Positions 7,203 through 15,781 of a stretch of DNA of 27,049 nucleotides are shown piece by piece; within the stretch, counting starts at the first letter, position 1; every line of letters starts with the position of its first letter. Position numbers and translations under genes: made by a program. The notes beneath the pieces are model-generated. The model searched no databases and was not told the DNA's origin. It saw only the letters and a list, made by a program, of their open reading frames with translations. Origin of the DNA: a virus (lineage: Duplodnaviria; Caudoviricetes); IMG/VR virus record IMGVR_UViG_3300025132_000231, positions 1 to 27,049 of that record; one strand, given 5' to 3'.

Positions 7203-7944
7203 AGATCAAGTAAATGAAAATACGACAGAAGAAAATACAACAGAAGAAAGTACTTCTGATATTCCTTCTTATGTTCCTGAAAAATTTTGGAACAGTGAAT
7301 TAAGTGAAATCAATGTAGAAGAAATGGGTGCTTCTTATAAAGCATTAGAAAAAAAATTAGGTCAAAGAACAGATGAACTGGCTGGTACTATTAGAGAAGA
7401 AGTATTAGCAGACATTAAAGGTCAAGCACCTGAATCATACGAAATAAAAATACCCGAACTACCTGATGGTGTTCAAGTAGATGTAGATCCAGAACAACCT
7501 TTATTGAAATGGTGGGAAGAAACTGCTAGATCAAAAGGATTAAGTAACGATGATTTTAATAAAGGCATTGAGGCTTTTGTTAATAATGAAATTTCTGGGT
7601 TACCTGATAAAGAAACACAAATAAATTTATTAGGCGAGAATGCTACACAAAGAATTGAATCTGCTGATTTATGGGCAAAAAAAAATTTAACTGAATCAAG
7701 TTATGCAGCTATGGCTAATATAGCCAGTACTGCTGATGGGGTTAAAGCAATAGAAGAAATAATGAGCCTTAACAAAGATGCTCCTATTCCTAGTACAGAA
7801 ACTAAAGTAGATGTATCTCTTGATCCTTTAGACTTAAGATCAATGATGGCTGATGAAAGGTATTGGAAAGATGGAGCAAAAGATCCAGCATATATCAAAA
7901 AAGTTACTAACCTTTACGAAAAATATTCGCAAAAAAAAGCGTAA
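7195..7944 (+). CDS. Capsid assembly scaffolding protein
   Basis: Acidic N-terminus, P..VPEKFW, SYKALEKKLG, PESYE and C-terminal M.DERYW...DPAY..KV; GAGGTG SD 6 nt before ATG 7195; located between portal and capsid. Confidence 0.85.
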   Translation: MSEDQVNENTTEENTTEESTSDIPSYVPEKFWNSELSEINVEEMGASYKALEKKLGQRTDELAGTIREEVLADIKGQAPESYEIKIPELPDGVQVDVDPEQPLLKWWEETARSKGLSNDDFNKGIEAFVNNEISGLPDKETQINLLGENATQRIESADLWAKKNLTESSYAAMANIASTADGVKAIEEIMSLNKDAPIPSTETKVDVSLDPLDLRSMMADERYWKDGAKDPAYIKKVTNLYEKYSQKKA

Positions 7945-8164
7945 GAAAGTTAAAATACTATGGAGAGATGCTATCAGCCATTCTGAATGGCTTTCTCCTA
8001 GTGAAGCAAAACTATATAAACCAGCAATAAATACTACTGAAGGTTATTTATTAGAAAAAAATAAAGAATCAACAATAGTTTATATGTCATATAATGATAC
8101 TGATGTTGGTGATCTTACTGTAATTCCTACAGAAAATATTAAATCATTTAAATTTGTGCGTTGA
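7871..8164 (+). CDS. Hypothetical phage protein (VKILWRDA...TEGYLL...IPTENI type)
   Basis: Pattern common in small phage beta-barrel proteins; GAAAGG 10 nt before ATG 7871; overlaps the scaffold 3' end by 74 nt, so the start is uncertain. Confidence 0.65.
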   Translation: MEQKIQHISKKLLTFTKNIRKKKRKKVKILWRDAISHSEWLSPSEAKLYKPAINTTEGYLLEKNKESTIVYMSYNDTDVGDLTVIPTENIKSFKFVR

Positions 8165-8187
8165 ATTATTAAGTTATCTATGTAACT
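8155..8187 (+). promoter_or_regulatory. Putative capsid-gene promoter with TGTGCGTTGA motif
   Basis: Motif at 8155-8164, -35-like TTGAAT; downstream TTATCTA..TAACT also occurs in the terS promoter (1021-1032). Confidence 0.55.
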
Positions 8188-8198
8188 GATAACTTAAT

Positions 8199-8264
8199 AA
8201 GACCTCAGATGGCATTAGGATCGCCCTGAAAAGGATAACGATTGCTTCCAAACGAGATAATCTT
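8199..8264 (+). promoter_or_regulatory. Structured 5' leader of the capsid gene with two C/AUAA internal loops
   Basis: AAGA-c-CTC ... GAG-ataa-TCTT encloses GATCG-c-CCT-gaaa-AGG-ataa-CGATT. Confidence 0.6.
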
Positions 8265-8297
8265 TTTACATAAACAAATAACTTAAAAGGAGTTAAA

Positions 8298-9143
8298 ATG
8301 AGTGCATCTATAAGTAATGCTTTTATTACTCAGTTTGAAGCTGAAGTACATATGGCATACCAAAGAATGGGAAGTAAGCTCAAAAATTTAATCCGTACAG
8401 TTAATGGTGTATCAGGTGAATCCGTTAAGTTCCAAAAAGTAGGAACAGGAGAAGCAACAACTAAAGCAAGACACGCTGAGGTTGTAGCGATGAATATTTC
8501 ACACACAAACGTAACAGCAACACTTGCTGATTACTATGCATCAGACTATGTGGATAAATTAGACGAGCTAAAAACCAACATAGACGAAAGAGCAGTTATT
8601 GCGAATAACGCAGCATATGCTCTTGGTCGTAAGACTGACAGTATCATTACAACAGCAATGTCTTCTGCTACTACAGTAGCAAACAATGCTGGTGCAAATG
8701 GTGCATCTGTAGCAACTGATATGAATGTTGCAAAGTTCAAAGATATGCAAGCTCTATTTGGGAACAACGATGTTCCTGATGATGACCAGAGATATTGGGC
8801 TATTGGTCCAACTCAATGGGGAGATTTGCTTGCAGAAGATAACTGGTCAAACCTAGACTACATTGGTCCTAGCCAATTACCTTTTGCTGGAATGAATTAT
8901 ACTGCTAAGAGATTTTTAGGTTTCTTAACATTTGTTCATTCAGGTCTTGATACTTCTGGCTCTACAGACAGACATACTATTGCATGGCATAAGTCATCAA
9001 TGGGTCTTGGTGTGGGTTCTGAAGTTAGAACTGAAGTAAACTACATTCCTGAGAAAGTAGCTCATCTATTAACATCATACCTATCAATGGGTTCAATCCT
9101 AATTGATACTAATGGTATTCGTGTACAGAAGTGTGCAGAATAA
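8298..9143 (+). CDS. Major capsid protein
   Basis: 281 aa; FITQFEAEVHMAYQ.MGSKL, DYVDKLDELK, AYALGRKTD and YIPEKVAHL motifs typical of this podovirus MCP family; AAGGAG SD; follows scaffold. Confidence 0.93.
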   Translation: MSASISNAFITQFEAEVHMAYQRMGSKLKNLIRTVNGVSGESVKFQKVGTGEATTKARHAEVVAMNISHTNVTATLADYYASDYVDKLDELKTNIDERAVIANNAAYALGRKTDSIITTAMSSATTVANNAGANGASVATDMNVAKFKDMQALFGNNDVPDDDQRYWAIGPTQWGDLLAEDNWSNLDYIGPSQLPFAGMNYTAKRFLGFLTFVHSGLDTSGSTDRHTIAWHKSSMGLGVGSEVRTEVNYIPEKVAHLLTSYLSMGSILIDTNGIRVQKCAE

Positions 9144-9158
9144 TAAGGAGATAAAAAT

Positions 9159-9410
9159 ATGGCTTACGCATTAGCAAACCCCGTAAAAAAAATCTCCCAG
9201 ATGGGTGATTCCAATTCAATGTGGTATTACACCGATGGCGATGCTATTGGGGATATTGACAACGATGATTATTTTATCTTGTCTTACAAAGAATTAACTG
9301 CTGGAGATATTATTATTGTAAATAGTGGTGGATCAAACGCTGTTGTAGATATATTAATTGTATCTGTAAACGATGGTGGATCTAACCTAAATACAGTATT
9401 ACTAGCATAA
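9159..9410 (+). CDS. Small virion protein, possible capsid decoration protein
   Basis: 83 aa directly after MCP with strong AAGGAG SD; W.Y...D......DYF......L..GDII pattern. Confidence 0.75.
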   Translation: MAYALANPVKKISQMGDSNSMWYYTDGDAIGDIDNDDYFILSYKELTAGDIIIVNSGGSNAVVDILIVSVNDGGSNLNTVLLA

Positions 9411-9420
9411 TTTATTTAGA

Positions 9421-9442
9421 TGTGGGGGAGTAATCCCCCACA
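9421..9442 (+). terminator. Stable hairpin after the capsid genes (attenuator or mRNA stabiliser; no U-tract)
   Basis: TGTGGGGGA-gtaa-TCCCCCACA, 9-bp stem with GNRA loop, followed by CAATGAAAGG rather than poly-T. Confidence 0.5.
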
Positions 9443-9458
9443 CAATGAAAGGTAAAAA

Positions 9459-10343
9459 ATGGCAATAGGTATAGCAGCAAAAGCATTAGCGAAAAAATTA
9501 CTTAAAAATAAAAGTCTTAAAAAAGCGATTAATGTAACTACAAAACAAACAAACAAATTAAAAGAAGCAGTAAAAGTAAACACAAAAAAAGTTACTGGAT
9601 CTGCTGCAGTAACTGGTGCAGTTGCTAAAGCAAAACCAGCTGTTAAAAAAGCAGTAGATAAAACTAAAGATGCAGTTGCTAAAGTAAAAGAAAAAGCAAA
9701 ACCAGCAGTAGATAAAGCTAAAGAAACTGCTAGAGCTGCATCTGTTAAAGCTCGTAGAAAAGCTGGACCAAAAGTTAGAGATACTGCAAAAAGAGTAGCA
9801 AGAGGAACTGCTGCCGCAACTGGTGGTGCTTTAGGATTAGCTGGTGGAATGGCAGCCGCACCTACTCTTGGTGGTGCTGTTTTAGGAGCAACTACAGGCT
9901 TTGTAAGTGCAAAAGATCCAATAAAAGGTGCTAAAATAGGTGCTGGTGTTGGTGGTGCTTTAGGATTAGCTGCAACTGGTGCGTTAGCTGCATCTATGCT
10001 AAAATCTTCTACACCTAAAGAAGCAGCGGTAGAAATAAAAAAAGATTCTAATGGTAGTTATGTAACTAGGTTTAAAGATGATAATAATAATCTTTTTGCT
10101 AGTACAAAACAAATTAGTGGTAAAGATTTAGATGAAGTTAGAAGAGGTATTGCAATATTAGATTCTATTCTTTTAAGTGAAGATCCTAGAAAACAACAAA
10201 GACAATTTTCACAAATAGCTGCATATTTAAATCTTAAACATGGAATAACAACAATACAAGGAAAAAATTTAAATATAGTTATGCCTCAAGGATTAAACGA
10301 AAGAGGTAATAAAAATATGTTAATTTCAAGTCCTAGGTTTTAA
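9459..10343 (+). CDS. Lys/Ala-rich protein with glycine-zipper hydrophobic segments
   Basis: 294 aa; GAAAGG SD; basic amphipathic N-half and duplicated GGALGLA segments. Confidence 0.8.
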   Translation: MAIGIAAKALAKKLLKNKSLKKAINVTTKQTNKLKEAVKVNTKKVTGSAAVTGAVAKAKPAVKKAVDKTKDAVAKVKEKAKPAVDKAKETARAASVKARRKAGPKVRDTAKRVARGTAAATGGALGLAGGMAAAPTLGGAVLGATTGFVSAKDPIKGAKIGAGVGGALGLAATGALAASMLKSSTPKEAAVEIKKDSNGSYVTRFKDDNNNLFASTKQISGKDLDEVRRGIAILDSILLSEDPRKQQRQFSQIAAYLNLKHGITTIQGKNLNIVMPQGLNERGNKNMLISSPRF

Positions 10344-10345
10344 TA

Positions 10346-10954
10346 TTGGCAGTAACTAAAGTAGATATTGCCTCAAGAGCTTTAGTATTAGTAGGAGCTA
10401 ATCCTATATCTTCTTTTACTGATAACTCTACAGAAGCCTTAATTACAAATACTATTTATGAAGAAGTAGTAGAATCTACTTTAGCAGAATCACATTGGAG
10501 ATTTGCTATGGGTCAAAAACAATTATCTTTATTGGCTGATGCTCCAACAACTAGATATGAATACGCATATCAAATGCCTAGTGATCCAGCAGTTATTACA
10601 ATTATGACTGTAACTAATAATGACAATCCTATTCCTTATGCTAGATATGAAGATAAAATTTATCTAAATGGATATGGTTCTAGTAGTAAAGTATATATGG
10701 ATTATGTATTTAGACAGGATGAATCTTTATTCCCAACATATTTTAGATTAGCTTTAATATATAAACTAGCTAGTGCTTATGGTGGTTCTTTAGGTAGAGA
10801 TGCAGACTTAATTAATTCTTATGAAACTAAAGCAGAAAGACAGTTAATCAAAGCTAGAAATATTGCTTCTCAAGAAACAACTACTAAGAAGTTAAATACT
10901 ACAAGATTTATAGCTGAGAGAAGGAGTAGTCGAAGTGGGCTTGTTGATTATTAA
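10346..10954 (+). CDS. Tail tubular protein A / adaptor (T7 gp11-like)
   Basis: DIASRAL..VGA..I.SF...S.EA, HWRFA, YEYAYQMP.D and FPTYF..AL...LA motifs; precedes nozzle; TTG start. Confidence 0.88.
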   Translation: MAVTKVDIASRALVLVGANPISSFTDNSTEALITNTIYEEVVESTLAESHWRFAMGQKQLSLLADAPTTRYEYAYQMPSDPAVITIMTVTNNDNPIPYARYEDKIYLNGYGSSSKVYMDYVFRQDESLFPTYFRLALIYKLASAYGGSLGRDADLINSYETKAERQLIKARNIASQETTTKKLNTTRFIAERRSSRSGLVDY

Positions 10955-13167
10955 TGCCCAGAAAAGTCAGACAAGTATTTACCAACTTTTCAGCTGGAGA
11001 GCTTAACCCTTTACTTAACGCAAGAACAGATGCTAAAGCATATTTTGAAGGTGCTAGGCAATGTAAGAACTGGTATCTTTTAGATGAAGGTGGTGTCATG
11101 CGTAGACCAGCCACACAATTTACAGCAGAACTACCAGCAGAAGCTAGAATTATTCCTTTTATTTTTGCAGAAGACGAAGTAGCAATTTTTGCTTTATCTA
11201 ATAATAGACTAGATGTTTACAATTCTAGTGGTACTGCAATAGCATCTAACATTACAAGTAATTGTAATTGGACTACAGCACAACTCTTTGAATTAAGTTA
11301 TGCTCAATTTGCTGATACAGTATTTATCTGTCATAGAAACAATCCCATTGTACAAATTAAAAGAACTGCTGCTTCTACATTTTCAGCAAGTTTATATGCC
11401 TTTGAAGAAGACGACAGTGTTACAGTAGGTGGTATTAATAAAACATTACAACCATTTTATAAATATGAAGAACCTACTATTACTTTAACACCAGCAGCAA
11501 CAAGTGGTACAGGAGTAACTGTTACTGCAAGTTCAAGTGTATTTACCTCAGACCATAATGGAACATATATTCGGATTGGTGGTAAACAATGTAAAATAAC
11601 TGGGTATACAAGTGGAACTCAAGTTGCTGTAACAATTTTAGAAACATTAGCTGCAACGACTGCTGAAACAGATTGGGAAGAACAATTAATATCTGCTGTT
11701 AGAGGTTATCCTCAAGCAGTTACTTTCCATGATAATAGAATTTGGTTTGCTGGTATAAAAGATGCACCTTCTTCTGTTATAGCATCAGAGATAGGAGCAT
11801 ACTTTAGTTTTGATTTAGGTACAGGATTAGCCAATGAAGCAATTAATGTTAATATAACTGCTGATACTGTAAATGAAATTAGGCATTTAATATCAGGTAG
11901 AAACTTACAAATCTTTACAGATTCTGGAGAATATTATATTCCACAAAGTACAGACAGTGCTATTACACCAGCAAGTATATCTTTTTTAAGACAAACACCT
12001 TATGGATGTAATAGAGCAAAACCAACTCCTTTTGATGGTGCTACTATTTTTACATCTAAAAATGGCAAGTCAATTCGTGAGTATGTTTTTTCAGATTTAG
12101 AACAAGCATATAAATCTAATAGTATTTCTGTATTATCTTCTCAAGTTATTGACAATCCTAAAGATATTACAATGATGACTGGTAATGAAGAAAGACCAGA
12201 GCAATTTGCTTATTTCCTTAATAGTGGTACTACATTAGATGGGCAAATAGGAGTTTTTCATAGTATTAGAGATGAAAAAATAGCTGGTTGGACTATATGG
12301 AGTACTAAAACAAATGATAAGTTTTATAGTATAACTTCTGTTAATGAATTTTTATTTGTTGTTTCTAAAAGAATATTACCTTCAGGTACTAAATATTTAT
12401 TAGAAAAGTTTAGTAATGATGATTCAATAACTGTAGATTGTAGTACAACTACTACAGTATATCAAAAAGGATCACCAGCTGTAAAAGGTGGTAGCCAATC
12501 AGGAACAACATTATTAATGGATGGGATTACTACTGCACCAGCTATTCAAGAAACATTTACTATTGCTGGGAATGCTACAGAATACACTATTCAAGCAGTA
12601 ACTAATACAGCAACAAATGAATATAGTTTACAATTAGATAAATCATTAGCGGCAACTCCTTCAGATAATGCTGTAATTACAATAGTAAAAGGATTTGTAC
12701 ATACTGTTAATGCTATTTACGAAGCCACAAATGTTGTAGAAGCAGTTTATGGAAATGGTGCGTTGGGATCATATACTATTGATGCTAATAATAGAATTAC
12801 TTTGGCTAATGCTCCACAACCTACAGGCGTTAGAGTAGGATATAACTTTACGCCTATATTAGAAACAATGCCTATTGATAAAGAAATTGATACTGGACCA
12901 TTGACAGGACAGCCAAGAAGGATTAATAAAGCTATAATAGATATTTCAGGGGGGTTAGACGTAACAATGAAAGCTGCTGACTTAACATCTAAAGAATTAA
13001 TAATTCAACAAGCAGATTTTAATATTGGTACAGATTTAGCATCAGTAGGTGGTAAAAAAGAATTTACTTTTCTGGGATATAGTAAATCACCAACAATAAC
13101 AATATCACAAGATAGTCCTCTACCTCTAAAGGTATTAGGATTGGCAATGGAGATACAATTCGCATGA
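10954..13167 (+). CDS. Tail tubular protein B / nozzle (T7 gp12-like)
   Basis: NFSAGELNP.L..R.D...Y, GGV.RRP.T, YAQFAD, GYP..VTFH..R.WFAG and C-terminal I.Q..PLPL.VL motifs. Confidence 0.9.
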   Translation: MPRKVRQVFTNFSAGELNPLLNARTDAKAYFEGARQCKNWYLLDEGGVMRRPATQFTAELPAEARIIPFIFAEDEVAIFALSNNRLDVYNSSGTAIASNITSNCNWTTAQLFELSYAQFADTVFICHRNNPIVQIKRTAASTFSASLYAFEEDDSVTVGGINKTLQPFYKYEEPTITLTPAATSGTGVTVTASSSVFTSDHNGTYIRIGGKQCKITGYTSGTQVAVTILETLAATTAETDWEEQLISAVRGYPQAVTFHDNRIWFAGIKDAPSSVIASEIGAYFSFDLGTGLANEAINVNITADTVNEIRHLISGRNLQIFTDSGEYYIPQSTDSAITPASISFLRQTPYGCNRAKPTPFDGATIFTSKNGKSIREYVFSDLEQAYKSNSISVLSSQVIDNPKDITMMTGNEERPEQFAYFLNSGTTLDGQIGVFHSIRDEKIAGWTIWSTKTNDKFYSITSVNEFLFVVSKRILPSGTKYLLEKFSNDDSITVDCSTTTTVYQKGSPAVKGGSQSGTTLLMDGITTAPAIQETFTIAGNATEYTIQAVTNTATNEYSLQLDKSLAATPSDNAVITIVKGFVHTVNAIYEATNVVEAVYGNGALGSYTIDANNRITLANAPQPTGVRVGYNFTPILETMPIDKEIDTGPLTGQPRRINKAIIDISGGLDVTMKAADLTSKELIIQQADFNIGTDLASVGGKKEFTFLGYSKSPTITISQDSPLPLKVLGLAMEIQFA

Positions 13168-13613
13168 GTGCTAATGCAGCAACATTAATGTTAATATCAT
13201 CTGGGATATCAGCTGTAGGAACATTATCATCTATGAGATCGCAACAAGCTGCTCTTAATAGAGAAAATTATAGAATAGAAACAGAATCACAAATGGCTAA
13301 ATTAGCAGCCTTACAAGAAGAAAATGCTAGAACTCAATATGCTAAAAAAGAAATAGCTAATAACTTAGCTTACCAATCTATAGCTGGGTATGCAGATGAT
13401 AGTATGTCTTTTTTAAATATGAATAAACAAGTTATTGAAAATAGAAATAAAGATATATCAGATATTAGATTAATGGGAAAATCTGTTGATGTAAAATTTA
13501 GACAACAAGTTTTTGAAAATGAAGCTAGAACTCAGGCAGTTACATTTGGTGGCTATACTTCAGCAGTTGCACAATTAGTAAATGGTTACGGAAATTATAA
13601 GTGGTATAGTTAA
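13164..13613 (+). CDS. Internal virion (ejection) protein, gp14-like
   Basis: 149 aa; hydrophobic Ala/Gly/Ser N-terminus then Q/A-rich helix; position after nozzle. Confidence 0.7.
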   Translation: MSANAATLMLISSGISAVGTLSSMRSQQAALNRENYRIETESQMAKLAALQEENARTQYAKKEIANNLAYQSIAGYADDSMSFLNMNKQVIENRNKDISDIRLMGKSVDVKFRQQVFENEARTQAVTFGGYTSAVAQLVNGYGNYKWYS

Positions 13614-15781
13614 TGGCATTAACATCAGGCGAAAAACAAAAACAAGCAACAGTTAGTTCTATACAAAGTAGAATGGGAGTTGTTGATACTTATAGTGGTG
13701 AAAATCCAATAGGGTTAGCTGCAAAAAATGCATCAGCTGTTTTAGATGTCTTTGCAGAAAGAGAAGCTAAAAAAGAAGAATTATCTTGGAAAACAGATTT
13801 TAAACTTAAAAGCAGAAATCATTTATTAGAACTTGCAAGAAAACATTATGATGATCCTGATGCTTTCACAAAAGAAGCTGATACTTATAGAAATACTCTT
13901 ATTACTGCAGCACCTACTAGGTTTAAAGAATATGCAAAAGAATACACAGGTAATATAGCATTTGAATATGGGGATAATATTTGGAAAGAAGCTAAAGCTC
14001 AAAAAGAAATATTAGAATTTTCAAATTGGCAAAAACAACACTCAAATTTTCTTGCTGATATGAATGAAGGTATTATGAATAAAAACTCATTTGAAATGCA
14101 AGATTATTTTACGCAAAGTTTGAAACCTCAAATGGCAGATGAAATAAGTGATTATGAAACTTTTTATGATTCTGTAGATTCTAGTATACAGGCTTTGTTA
14201 GCTGATAAATTTGGAACGCCAGATGTATTTGCAAAAACTGTAATGATACAAGCTGAAACAACAAGATTAATTAGCATAGCAAACAAAGAGTTAATACAAG
14301 CACAAGTAGATGATTCTAATATGATTCAAGCTAATGGGGAATATCCAGAAGATTATATTACAGAAGTATCTAAAGTTAATGATAAACATGCCAAATGGGG
14401 AGAAAATTATTTAGACAATCCAACACATGATGAAGAAGATGCAAGTGTTTTAAAAGACACTGACAGAAACGATAGAATGGTTATTTTAGAGCAAGTACAA
14501 AAATTTACTACTGATTGGAATCAAAAAAACGAAAAAAATGTATTAAAACAAAATACAATATTAGAAGTAGGAAAACAAGAAGAAGTAAAAAATATAATAG
14601 CCTCCATAAAAAATGGATCAACTTGGGATTCTAGCGAGTTACGAGCATATGGAATATCCCAAGGTTTTAATGAAAGTCAATTAACAAACTTACAAAATGA
14701 AAATTTACTTCAATTACAAATTGATTCAGTGTCCAAAAGTATTGGAACATATAAAGTAAGTAAAGAAACTGGCAATTATGATTTTATAATAAACAAGGAT
14801 TTCACGCAAGGCGACATAATAAAAACACTTCAAACGAATACAAAATGGTTACAAGACAAAGGTGTAGAAATTACTTTAGAGGAATTTACAGATAGAGTAA
14901 TGATGAGTAATATGTATAGTGTCTTTAGTATATTAAATCCAGAAGCAACATATCAGGATTTTCTATCTATGGATCTTGATACTGTTATAACTAACCAACC
15001 TATTTCTAATAATAATTTTTTAACTAATGCCTTAGTAAAGATAACAGATAAATATGGCTCTGCACCTAGTATGTTATTAGAGTATTTTGATACTTATGAC
15101 ACTTTTAATTTTGAATTAGCAGATGATAGACTTAGATTAAGAAATATGGCTGCATTTGCAAATAATTTATATTTAAATAATGGTAGATTCCCTATTCCAT
15201 TAGGAGATGATGAAAAAGCTAATAAAGCATTTGAAGCATTAGTAGATTTACACCAAGAATTTCTAAGAGTAGATAAAACAAATCCTGATAGATTAAATTT
15301 AAATGAAAGAGAAATAAATGATACTATCGATATAGCTGATTATGAAAAATTTATTGTAGAACAATGGACAGCAAAATATTTACCAAATCAAACAAAATTA
15401 GATGAAAGAATAACAGATATACGAAATTTTATTAACGATAATGATATAGACCTTACTGGTATGATGGCTGATTATTTTAAAGATAGAGAAGAAGATGGTC
15501 CGTGGTATGGTTTATTTTTTACAGATCAAGGATTATTAACTGGTAATCCTGAAATTAATTTGGTTGGAGATGATGCAGATTTAATACCTGAATTTAATTT
15601 AGTAATGGAATTAGCTGGTGATGAAATATATACAAGATTAGCGTCTAGTATAGACAGCACTAGAGGATTAAGTGAACAAGTAATTAGAAACCAAATAAAC
15701 AAACAATTACCTTATCTTTTAATGACTTTAAGATCACAAGGTTGGGGTTATGATGAAAATACTGGATGGTCAATGCAATAA
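13613..15781 (+). CDS. Internal virion (ejection) protein, gp15-like position
   Basis: 722-aa helical, acidic ORF with TAATG couplings at both ends; function from synteny only. Confidence 0.65.
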   Translation: MALTSGEKQKQATVSSIQSRMGVVDTYSGENPIGLAAKNASAVLDVFAEREAKKEELSWKTDFKLKSRNHLLELARKHYDDPDAFTKEADTYRNTLITAAPTRFKEYAKEYTGNIAFEYGDNIWKEAKAQKEILEFSNWQKQHSNFLADMNEGIMNKNSFEMQDYFTQSLKPQMADEISDYETFYDSVDSSIQALLADKFGTPDVFAKTVMIQAETTRLISIANKELIQAQVDDSNMIQANGEYPEDYITEVSKVNDKHAKWGENYLDNPTHDEEDASVLKDTDRNDRMVILEQVQKFTTDWNQKNEKNVLKQNTILEVGKQEEVKNIIASIKNGSTWDSSELRAYGISQGFNESQLTNLQNENLLQLQIDSVSKSIGTYKVSKETGNYDFIINKDFTQGDIIKTLQTNTKWLQDKGVEITLEEFTDRVMMSNMYSVFSILNPEATYQDFLSMDLDTVITNQPISNNNFLTNALVKITDKYGSAPSMLLEYFDTYDTFNFELADDRLRLRNMAAFANNLYLNNGRFPIPLGDDEKANKAFEALVDLHQEFLRVDKTNPDRLNLNEREINDTIDIADYEKFIVEQWTAKYLPNQTKLDERITDIRNFINDNDIDLTGMMADYFKDREEDGPWYGLFFTDQGLLTGNPEINLVGDDADLIPEFNLVMELAGDEIYTRLASSIDSTRGLSEQVIRNQINKQLPYLLMTLRSQGWGYDENTGWSMQ

